64,000 nt of DNA from Raillietiella orientalis (taxonomy: Eukaryota). Shown piece after piece: positions 36,577-47,800 of this stretch; the stretch's first letter is position 1; each line of letters starts with the position of its first letter. Position numbers and translations under genes: made by a program. The notes under the pieces are model-generated. The model did no database searches and was not told where the DNA came from. It saw only the letters and a program-made list of their open reading frames with translations. Location of the stretch: assembly GCA_036172245.1 (NCBI GenBank), contig JAYWIR010000028.1:992001-1056000 (forward strand), read 5' to 3'.

Positions 36577-39500
36577 CGCGTGTGCGGCGCAGCGTTCCGT
36601 CCGGAGCTTCTCAGCGGGTTCGAGGTGTGCGGCGGAAGGAATGGGTCCAAACCAGCAGACGGCGGGGGCGAAGGCAAGGAAAAGGTCGCGATGAACAACA
36701 CTAGGCAAGCCGCGGATCCTGGGCAGCCGCGCTCCCCCCCCCCCCTGCGTGCGTGGCGACGCGAGCAAATGAAACGGAACGGTCGCACTGGACGGCGGAA
36801 GGGATGTGTTGGCCGAACCGGGGAGCCGTAAGCCTGCGGTGACCAGATGAGACTTATCTGCTCATCTGGGAGAGGACGCCGACAGCGTGGAAGTTTCTCG
36901 ACGGCGGAGAGGGTTCGCGCGCGCCGAAAAGGCAGAGGAACACCAGACCACACTTTTTTTCCGCCTGTTAGGCAAAGGGTCAACCCAAAACCCTCATTTG
37001 TCCCAGCTTAGCTGGCGGCATCTGTCTCGGCTGGCCATTATCTTGCGTTATATTGTTCAACGCAAGGGTGTTCCTGGGTAAACTCCCTCAGGGAAGGATG
37101 CGCGTGGGTGTGATCCGAATGTGGCTTTGGAACGTCCCGTCTCCCTGCCTACGTGCTTGAAAACAAACTCGACTCTCCCGGGTCCTCTCCGCTCCTCGGG
37201 GGTTTCCTCGGATCCGTGGCTCCTTCCCTCCTCGTTTTCCCGTCCCGAAGACGTCGGGGATGGCTCGAACGATCGCGCGCGTCGGGTGGGGATTTTCAGC
37301 CCACATTCCTTGCCGTCGCCAGGCTGCGTCGCTCTCCCGCGGATTCCGCTGCTCCTTCGCAAGGGGGAGCTGCCCCTCCTTCCCCGGAGGTAATCCACTC
37401 CCGTCTCTCCCCGATTCCTTCCTCCTCCTCCTCCTCCTCCTCCTCCTGCCCTACTTTTCCGGAGGGGCGAAGCGATCCTTTCGGAAGCGACGACGCGAGC
37501 GTCTCCCGGAGCGGCGGCAGTCCGCGCGCGAACGCCCTGGCTCCGGGAAAAAAAAAAAAAAAAAAAAAATCCACCCTCGTGGGACTCCTGGGAAGAGGAC
37601 GCGCAGCCGTTCTTTCTGTAAAAAGAAAAAAAAAAGGGGGGGGGGGAGGGAAGGGGAGAATTCGCGGTGTTCCAGAAACACGCCTGTTCCTTTCGTCGAT
37701 CGCGTGAGGCGAGAGAGTGCAGGAGCTCTCCTGGTGGGTCATCGCCGCACCGAGGAAAGAGCGAAAGAACGCCTCGTTTTATTCCTCCTTCTCCGTTTTT
37801 TGTTTGTTTGTTTGCGGAGGGGGGAGGTGAGCCCTCTTTGCCCCTTTTTCTTTCTCATGCGTGTCCTCCCTTTATCCCAGCGTCGGCTCCCTTTTGTTTG
37901 GATCCCGGTTCCCATCATCATCCGTTCGTCTTCCCGTCGTCGAACGCACGGGGCTCTCCTGGCGACGACGAACATCTTTGGAAGGGGGGGGGGGGGGGGA
38001 GGGCAGTATCGTGCCAGCAGGCCAAGACGAGAGGAGGCGCGCCGATCCCCTCCGGCCCTCGCCTCGCAAGGATCGCGGGGCTCATCGAGCGAAAAGGCGT
38101 CAGGTAACGTGAGAGATGAGGTACCCGCGGGTTGAATCCACTTGGCGACGGACGACTCGCGGAGGATAATTCGAGAAGAACCCACCGAGCAAAAGGGAAG
38201 AGGGAAAAGTCGTGCGGGCAGAGTAAACAAACGGCACGCCGCTCGCCCGCTGCCTTTTCGCTTCTCTCCTTCCTTCCTTTCCTTTGGCTGTCCGCCGTCG
38301 CGGAGAGAGAAATGCAAAATAATCTCATAAAAAAGAGAGAGAGAGAAAAAAAAAAAAAGCGTAGCGATGTGTGTGCAAGGAAGGAGATGGGGGGACGGAA
38401 AAAAAAAAAAACAAAATCCTGAATCGATCACGCGCTCCACACTCGAGTCGAAAGGAGGACACACACACACAGAAAGCCATCAGCCCAGATGGAAAGTAAA
38501 TCCTTGCGAATCCACCGATTCCGAGGAGGAGGAGGAGGAACGTACTTTGGGGGGGGAGAGCGGAAACTCCTCTCTCCGTGCGTCGGTCGGTCCGTGTTTT
38601 CGTGCCGCCGTGATGCATCGTCTGCATCTGCAAGAGAGGCAGGCGAAGGATGGCGCGCGCCGATTGATGGCAGAGGGTCTCGAATCGGAAATGCCCGAGA
38701 GCGTCGTTACCTTCCTGTCGAACCGGCAGAGGGACCGTCACCGTTAATGAGGGGTCACCTCGGCCTGCGGGGAGCGCGCGCCCAAAAGAGCGGTCCTTCC
38801 TCTACCGCCATCACCTGGGTATTCCGCGCGCCGGGACCCCGTTCCTCTGCTTCCTAACCGAGTGTACATGGACACGCGCCATCCCCCTAGGCTGGCGAAT
38901 CCTCTCTTCCGGGAAGCCGAGCGCGTAGGGCCGCACCAGGGCGCGACGTCGTTAATCCGCTGAGAGGTCGGGAGAATTCCTGTCGGGGCGCGTGCTCCTC
39001 GCCTTTTCCTGCTGGCGCTTGAGAACCGACGAAGGATCGAACCCGCCGCCATCATCACCCGTGCGCACGCTATCGCGGAATGCCAGCCCCCTCCCTCCCT
39101 CCCCCGCTTCCCCACCGCGTGCTCCCGGAAAAGTCGGTCCCCGAAAACCTCGCTGCCAACGAGAGCTCCCCCACCCTCTCAGCGAATCTTCAGGAGGATG
39201 GGAGCAGACGTTCGGAGCAGCGTCCCCCACACCGTTGTTGATGAAAACCGGGTTGCAGTGGGGGGAAAGTCTGTGATAAGAGACGAACCCTTTATTTCTT
39301 CATCTTTCTTGAAAGCAGGGGGGATCCAGGAAGCGGCAAGCGCTGCCGGAAATGCCATTCCTGGAGATTTTTTTTCGCGTCGCCGTCGGAACACGCAGTG
39401 GAAGGAGGTTGCGGCGGTTCTCCGAGCATCTGGCGTCGCACTTACGCGTGCGAACGAGCAATATTGCCGGAGGGGCCTCGGTTCTTGCGATCACGCGGAG

Positions 39501-41000
39501 GGTCCACGCAGCTTCCCCCACCTCCCGGCGAAATTTTCCGCTCCTCCCCATTGATAGGAAGTGGCTTCTCGAGAGCGTAGCCGTTGCAGCGGCTGTGGAA
39601 GGGGAGCAGGTGGGCAGCAGCCGATGTGCCGTGGGAGAAGGGCTGCTTGAATGCGCATCTGAGGATCCAGAGGTGGTCCCGGCAGCTTCCCGCCCGAGAC
39701 CAAACGCTCCCTCCTGAGAGAGCAGCCAGAGATAACGCCCCGGGACCACCTGAACTTTGCCCGAGCTCCTCCTGGGCGTCTCCTCCGGGCGACGACAATA
39801 AAAAATTACGCTCTCCCTATCTTCCCAGAAGGCCGGGGGAGCGGTGAACTTTACGGAAGTGACCCAGGAATCGAAAGCGGGCGATCCTGCTGATGTCGGG
39901 GACCTTGCGATCGGGAAGGCAGGAAGTGTCGGCTCCTTGTAAGATCTGAGAAAGACGAACGGGAATCGCATCTGTTCCCTTCCACGATGCCGCGGGTGCG
40001 TTTCCCATGTGTTTTCCCGCCCTTTCCGTCGGTTTGGTACCGTCGTCTCTCTCCTTTGGGAGCGTCCGTTTCACCTATCCGGAAGATGGCAGGCGTTCCC
40101 GGATCGCAGGTGTTCGGCGTTCAGGAGCGACTTCGAAGCGCAGCAACGGGTAGATCTTGGCGCAGTACTCCGCACATTGGGTTTGCGTCTCCAGCGTGCT
40201 CCCAGCCAGCGCTGCCGAGGGTTACCCCGACGAGGCAGCTTCCCGCAGATCTCTGGAGATCTCTGGAGTCAGATTTTTTTTTCTTCTCTTTGATTTCGGA
40301 AACGGGGAGTGTGCAGACTCATCCAGAGCACACCGTAAGTGTGCGGACGATGTGCATGCAGGTCTTAACGTGCTGCAGATCAAATTCATGCTGGAAGAAA
40401 AGAGGGAGGGAGGATGGCGAAACCAAGTGGCACACGGGACACGACACGAAGCACGAGCAAATGGAGTCTCTAATCAGCATTCGGGGAATGAACCCAAAGC
40501 TGCATCTGGTGCTCCCGGGAGAAGGGGAAAGTACTAATATTGGATGCCGCCTGTCCCCATGAATATTCAGCGACGGCGCCTGGAAGAGCCACGGCAAAAG
40601 GAGGAGAGCAAATGCCAGAGGGCCGGCTCTCCACCTCACCCCCAAAGGAGCGGCTGCCACTGCACGAGAAGCTTTCGTGGGGATATCTTGTGATACCCGG
40701 GATTCGAGGAATAAGGAAGTGTCGGGGGAATTGTGAATTCCCAAGGAGCAGACGGACCACACATCAGAAAGGCAGCGGCGTGCCCCAAAGATGCAGTATT
40801 CCCGGGACGTACTTCGGGAACCTCGAATGCATCATCTCTCGTAATCGAAGAACTTTCTAGAATCACAGCTCCGTCATGAGCAAGCAGGAGGAGGGAAGGA
40901 GAAAATTCTCTTCCTCATTTGCCTGTATCCCCCTCTTTTCGGCATGGGTGAGAATGGGCGTAATGAACAAGTGAACGGACAGCATGTAAAGATGCTTGTG

Positions 41001-41590
41001 TATTATATACCAATTAAGCATCCCAGCGGAGGTTGAATATTCCCGCGTGGACACGGAGAGAGTGGGTGCGCGAGGGGACGTTCATTTGGTCACGCCCTTT
41101 GACCTCAAGACCCATGGGGTAGTGCGACCTCCGCTTTTCCAGGAGAATGGTCTCTTCATTGTTTGTTCTATGGGAGTCGGTGGCGCGGTAGAGAGGAAAA
41201 AGGCACTGAAGGATGCAATAGAGGACCACCTAAACTCAGCGAGTCAAGTCGTAGGCTTGAGGGTGAATGATGAGAGGTCAGGAACGACTCCACACCCGCG
41301 CCAATATCTCTCCTCTGATCTTTACAAGTGGGAGCGTCTGTCAGCGATTGGAAAAGCAGGAAGCGCGGCTCCTTCTAAGGTCCGCGGAAGGCGAACGGGA
41401 ACAAACGGAGAATTCCCGAAGAACACCGATGAGGCGATTCTGGAAACGGCGGAGGTCACACTACCCCATGGGTCTTGGGGTCAAAGGGTGTGACCACATG
41501 AACGCCCGCTCGCGCACACACACTCCCTCCGTGTCCACGTGGGAATATTTAACCTCCGCTGGTATATTTAATAATATTAAATATATAATA
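41001..41590. mobile_element. MITE-like foldback element (about 590 bp) with long terminal inverted repeats
   Basis: Core arms 41023-41142 and 41440-41562 are about 90% identical by hand alignment (CCAGCGGAGGTT.AATATTCCC.CGTGGACACGGAG.GAGTG...CAAGACCCATGGGGTAGTG.GACCTCCGC). Both outer ends read TATTATATA on opposite strands. No transposase recognised. Confidence 0.78.
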
Positions 41591-44500
41591 TTTAACCTTG
41601 CTACTCGCGTGCAAGAAGGTCGCCTTCCCGGATTTCTCTTTCTCGTTTCACTGACCTTTTTTTTCTCACCTCTCGAGAATCACCGATTTGCTGTACTGAG
41701 AGTGCCCTCCCCGCAGCAAAGGGAACGGCCTGTTTCATCCAGTTCCCCGGGAAGAACCTAGCCGGGAGGATGAGCTCTTTGCTGGATGCCGCCGTCTGCA
41801 TCGTTCGCTGCAGAGGCTGTGCTTTCCGACCGGTTCGCATGGAAACAGTGCCGGCGTGTCGTCCCGCCCACCTCCTCGTGCCCCGCGTTATCTCCTTTGC
41901 CCCGTCTCATCCCGAGTCCGAAGGCCCCAGATAATTTTTTGAACCTGACTCCAGAAATCTTTGGAAGCTGATTCCTCGCTGCTAGACAACGCTCAGAGGC
42001 ACTGATCTCCGCTTCCCGTCCACAGCCTCGCCGTGCGTACGAGGAAGGCTGTCGCATCATCCCTGCAACTGCGTCCCTTATGCGAAGTCCGGATTTCCTC
42101 ATCCCTGTGGCTTTCCGGGCTCAATTTTTTTTTCCTCCTGCAGAAACTCTGTTTCGGCGACTTCGAAAGTTTTCGAGAAAGCTAGGCTTCGACTATTACA
42201 CGGGATCACCATTTTCCAGGATCACGCGTTGCAGATGTCCGCGTCATCTCTGGCAGGACGAAGCGCCGCTTTTGACACAGGCAAACTCTTTGCTCGCAAA
42301 GTTTGCTGGTGCCAAAGAGCCAGTTGCCGCCGACGGCGTGACGAGGAGCGCCTGGCATTTCCGAGGGCTGCTGCCGCCAAGCGCTCGAGAAAGTTCTCCC
42401 GGATGATCAGTGAACCACAGGCAGCAGCGGTGCACCGTTTCGGTCCCGCGATCTCTTATCTGAAGACGAGCTCACCCTTCCCTACCACTCCCCTTTTCTT
42501 GAATACGGAGTGCATCCAAAAATCCGAAGAGAGTCCGGAAGACCAGGAAGCTGCAGCAGCGATCCTCCTGGCTGGAACCCACGAATTCGGTCTGTCCGCA
42601 GAGAGGTCTCCTGAGAAAAAAGCGGCAACCGAAGCTCGACTTCCTTCTTTCCTCCCGTGGGGTTCTCGCATCTTGCAGAGGAGCTTTTTCCTTTAGCCGA
42701 ACTACCGTGTACTGTACACCCGCCCTGTGCGCGGTGGAAATGACCTTCCTGCCTCGGGGATCAGCTCTAGGTGGCGAGACGCGTGGGGACTTTTTCGTAC
42801 GGGATGGCGGTTTTCCAATGATGCAGGACAGGATGAGCTGTATCCTGCTTCTTCGGAGCCCGGAAGGGATTCCTATGAAGGAACTGCCTGCTTCGTTTTT
42901 ACCAGAACGCCCCCATGATGAATTCCCAAGGACACCATCTGCGAGACTCCAAGCCAAATGCAAAAAAAGCACGCGGATATCAGCTTTGGGAGGTCAACTA
43001 TGCGAGGGTTTCAGGAGATTCAAAAGCTAACGCTAGGGGTGGGGGGTGGGAGGGAGGGAGAGAAAGGGATCATCACCGAGCGGACGTAAAAGATGTCTCC
43101 GCCTTTCTCCCCCTCTTCCGCTCTTCTCCGTGGCGCCGTCTTCTTGCTGTCCCAGATCCTTTCCTCCTCCGTCAAGGGTCAGGCGACCCCGTTCCCGCTG
43201 TCGACGCGCACCCTCCAGCAGCTTCGCGTGTTTGTCTTGGTTTCCGTCTCTGTCTTTCCCTCCCTCCTTCCCCAAACCGTTTGGCCGGTGTAGCAGATTC
43301 GTGTTCGCCACTCCACTTTTCTCACTCCTGGAGAACGTCAGGAATTCTTCAGGGAGTGCTGGAAAGTCCCGAGCACTAGGATGCTGCGCGATACTGATGC
43401 TTGAGCATATCCGGCTATCCTCTCTGCCTTTCCGCCGACGTGATCCCTCAAGGCGGTTCCCGATCTCCCGAAAAGGGAAGAAGAGAAGTTTGCATCTCCC
43501 TGTGCTCCCCGCAGTGCGCCTCTTCGTCTGAAGCCCTTTCCCGACGTCCTTGCATGCCGGGAGAGGATCCCCCTTCCCCGAGACAAGCCAGCCTTTCGAT
43601 AAACTTGGCGGATCCCGGCGACTCCCGAAGACTGATGGGAATTCCAGGTCACGGGGCGCTGGTCCGTGCAAAGCTCCGAGTTCGTAGAAGTAGAAAAAGA
43701 TGATTCCTTCGGGTCATCGCCTTTAGCTTCCTGTTTTGATGGAGGGAAGAGGATTTCGAGACCACTCCCGCTTCATCTGCTTTCCGTTCGAGAGGGAGAA
43801 TGGGGAAAACCGGCATTTCCCTGCCAAGCTCAGCACCGCACGAATTGGGGAGAGGAGAAATGAGGAAGGAGGGAATTCTTCCGAATATTCCTGGCCCACT
43901 GATTGTGGCCAGGAATCTCTTCGAGTCGTTAGAGTCACAGCGGGAGCACACCCGACAATTCGCAACAATAAATAACAGTTTGCGTTTAGCCTCAGCTGGA
44001 ACCCGTCTTTGGCGAGAGGTCAGAATACCACCGAGGAACTTGCCAGCCAATAGGTGTCAGCTTCTCATCGAAGAAGGGCGAGGACGATGAGGAGGGGGGA
44101 GAGAAAGGAGGGAAGCATTGGTGGTACGCAATATTCGAGCAATCGCTTTTTCCACTTCAGTCACATTAGAGGCACTCGCAGAAGAATCGTCGTGAAAGCA
44201 CGTAGACGATCCTCGCGTCCCGAAGCATTGCAGGCGCCTGTAATATTGGAGAGGGAGAGATGGGAAGGGAAGGGAGATCCCATCGGACGGAATCTGCCGA
44301 ACGCGGGGCAGATCCGACGAGAACCAGGAATACTAGCTATGTTTTCGCGATGAACTGTGTTTTCGTCTCATTTTTGTCCGCTTTCCCTTGTCATATTGGA
44401 TCATCTTGGATCGGGTATCTTTGATAAGCTTTTCGTTCCCCTCTACAGGTATGGGAGATACATGCAATACGATCCCGTAGCGTTTCTTCCTAGGAATCCC

Positions 44501-44647
44501 CCCCCCCTTGTGTTGATCTAAACAGCACGGAAGCTCCTGGTCCCCGGTGTGCTCGTGGTTTGCTGTCAAGGAAAATCCAAGCGGCAGCGATGGCATGTGT
44601 GCTTGCCCGGAGCGCCGACCGAGACGGCGAAGCCTCGTCGGAATGAG

Positions 44648-44841
44648 AATTCTCGTTCCGTTCATTGTTGTGCAGCTTTTCAATTCTCGTTCCGTTCATT
44701 GTTGTGCTGCTTTTCAATACTCGTTCCGTTCATTGTTGTGCTGCTTTTCAATACTCGTTCCGTTCATTGTTGTGCTGCTTTTCAATACTCGTTCCGTTCA
44801 TTGTTGTGCTGCTTTTCAGTTCTCGTTCCGTTCATTGTTGC
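44648..44841. repeat. 34-bp minisatellite, about 5.7 head-to-tail copies (AAT[A/T]CTCGTTCCGTTCATTGTTGTGCTGCTTTTC)
   Basis: Units start at 44648, 44682, 44716, 44750, 44784 and 44818 (partial). They are near-identical and have no spacers. Confidence 0.97.
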
Positions 44842-47800
44842 TATTTTATGTGTGTGTGTCTTTTTGGCATGTTCTCTCCTTTCTTTCATTTTCCTTCAGA
44901 TCTCGTGCCACCGTGATTGATCAGTTCACATTTCATATTAGCAAATTTTTTCGCATGTGACAGTCGAAAAATCACTGCAAAGCGAATGAGCATTCGGGAG
45001 TCTTCCACCAAAACGAATAAAACATTCATTTGGGAGGGGGCAAGGCGCGGCGAAGTAGCAACTGCATGATACAAAGGTGCATGCCAGCAAGTTCAGGAAA
45101 AAAAAAACAAAAACAATCAACAAGGCATGCGGTGTAATGACGAGGTGTGGAAAATGGATTTTGGTGGTTGACTGTGGCAGCAGAGAAACAAGATGATTGC
45201 GGCAGCCGTGCGGAACTTAAGATGTCCATGAGCGACCCGAAGGGGCAAAACAAATTGCGCGCGAGTTCCCAGAAGGTGCACCTTTTTTTTTTTTTTTTTT
45301 TTTTGTCGTGGACTCACCGCCGAGTTCGAAGTGCTCAATCGAAACTGCAGGAGGCGCCGTCTCGTGCATGCCAGAATCTCATGGAAATACGAAATGGCGT
45401 GCCACTTTCGTGGGCGCGCTTCTGAAAAAGCTTCTTTTCACCCTTCGGTGAGCCGGATTAAGAGGTTTGTGTTTTTATGGGAATTCTCCCCATCCCCTCT
45501 TCCCCTATCGCAAACTTCCAAGCGTTTTTCACTGGTGCTGCTGGTGGTTCCTATCTTGTTCCTTGCATCCATCATTCCTTTCTGAGATGAGTTGGATTAG
45601 AAGAGAAGCAGCCATGGATTTCTTGCGTGTGGCTCCATACATCCATTCTAACAGAGCAGAAGGAAAACAAGGTTGCGCCTTTCCCTTCCCGTAGCCTCTG
45701 TTATCGTTCGAATTCGGGTATCAGACCGTGGATTGGTTTAACTTAGAAGACGGATGACCTAAAAATGTGGAGACCTCGTTTCGAGCGGTCTCAGCTAATT
45801 GCATGGCAACCAACTTCTAAAATTACATGGACAACGAAAGGCAACCACGCCGAAGAACTGCAGCGAGTGCAACAAGGGCATCTGTTTTCAGACAGTCTGC
45901 GTCCCGTGAAAGTCAAGAGTGTAAAGGAATCGTGTTTTAGGTCGTCGTCCTGAAGGAAACTCGGAAAGAAAGGTTACGTATTCAGCATATCCGTTTAGCT
46001 CGGCGAAGCATTGAAGTATGTAGCAAAGTCGGCGGTCCTTGAAGAAGCCTCGAAAACCGGAACCAGCTCGTTACGAGATATAGCAATGGTGTCACCGGTA
46101 TGCACGGTGAATTCACAAGGGCGATATCTGGCTTTGTTCCCATTGAGTTTACGCAGAACAGCGAGACTACCGCATGGAGATTCAGGAAGCGAGCGCGGGG
46201 CAACTCTTCTGACATTATGATATCCGGCTCGTCCTGCCTGAAGCCGTTCTGCCTCTGCCTTAAGCCCTTCCCCTCTGTATTTGACCAGCGCCTGTGCCTA
46301 ATTCGTGTAACTAAGAAATACGAGAGCTAGAGTTGTGTAATTCTCAACTCATTTGTGTGAAATGTTTGATCGATATGCCTCCAACGATGTGCGATGTTCC
46401 ATCATTTCACAAACGGAACTCAATATTGTACTCCGCAAGCACATTGCATAGCACATTCTCCATTGTGCATACACGGGTGTCATCTGTGTAGCATCTCGGA
46501 AGTGGTAGACAGGTCATCCCCCCCTTCATCTTTCTACCTTTCCGTCCCACGAAAGACATCTGCAGAAAGATGTCTTTCCTGGAGATGCAAACTCTTGAGA
46601 TTTCAAGAAGTCCTATGGAAAGCTTCTGAGTAGAAGTGTCAACTGCGGGCCTCCTGTTCTTCCTGTCCCTGTGGACAGTCCTGTTCCTCTCTAGCGTGTG
46701 TCGGACTAGAAAGCTTCGATGTGTGCCCTCGGACCTTCAAAGCTGGGGTGAAATCTCAACCAAGATGCACATCTCCAAGCAAATGGCAGTTGAAAAGCGT
46801 TTGCATTAATTCTCGTATTTACACTGCAAGCGCTTTCTGGACCGCTGCTTTCAATCTCTCGTGCAGCTGTTCCCGATTGCGCGCTGCCGTCATTTTTTGA
46901 AATCACGTGTGAAACGGGAACTCGAAAATCATTTTCTGAAATCACCTGAGACACCAAAGGTACTTGCGTCACGCTTCGTTGTTTCCAGCGCGATGCTTCA
47001 CTTTCAGATGCGTTTGTGAGAAGAAACTGTCTCGTGCTGTCCTCCCGTCGCTTTTCCCGATTCTTTTTCTCGCACCGTCCGTGCCCACTCTGAGTATAAC
47101 TCGGAGGTCGCGTGGGGCTGGTTGGTTTCTGCAGCCGTCGGAGCTTGTCGGTCTCCGCGAACACTCCCTCGACACCCGCTTGACCAGCACGCAAGTGACC
47201 GTGTGCGCTCCTCTGCTTTTATCTTTTGAATCCTTTAGGGTTCGTGGAGGAATTCTCGTTCTTCCCCAGAAGCGCTCGTGTAGTGCCCGCGTTTATTAGG
47301 CGGCTGCTCCTTCGTTTTCATCTGGTGACCTCGGGATTTTATTTAAAGAAACTAACAATTGAGGAACTCATCTCCCGAAAGAGACAGAAAGAAGTTTAGC
47401 GGGAATGACCAACAGCATGCATGCCGACTTTTGAGGAAGTCCGGAGCGGGAAGAAGGGGACAACAAATAAATAAAAAGGGAGGGTCTTTGGTTTCAACCA
47501 TTCCTTGCTTTCTAAAACTGGCGCTGGATGGTGGCGATCTCCCTGGCGATTTCTTGCTCCAAGTGGGGCCACCTTGCAGCCGTCCTTATGAAGGTGGCTG
47601 CTAGGTGTCCTCCCTTCGCTGCATCCGAGACTCCAGCACCATCGAAGGGGACGGTGACGATGGCGCGGATGCAGCATGTTGCTGCGATCACGGCGCCTGC
47701 TGGGGAGTCCGCTTCGCGCGAAGAATCTCACCGCAGTGAGTCTATGGCGCTGCCCTCCAGGTGCAAGATCGCTGAAGATACAGTCTCCGCCACGGTTCGT

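Noticed and set aside
44648..44841. 34-bp repeats as a CRISPR array
   Set aside because: Units are head-to-tail with no unique spacers, there are no cas genes, and the context is eukaryotic.
45982..46290. RQNGFRQ on the - strand as a LINE reverse-transcriptase QxGFR motif
   Set aside because: It is a single short motif with no other RT motifs nearby.
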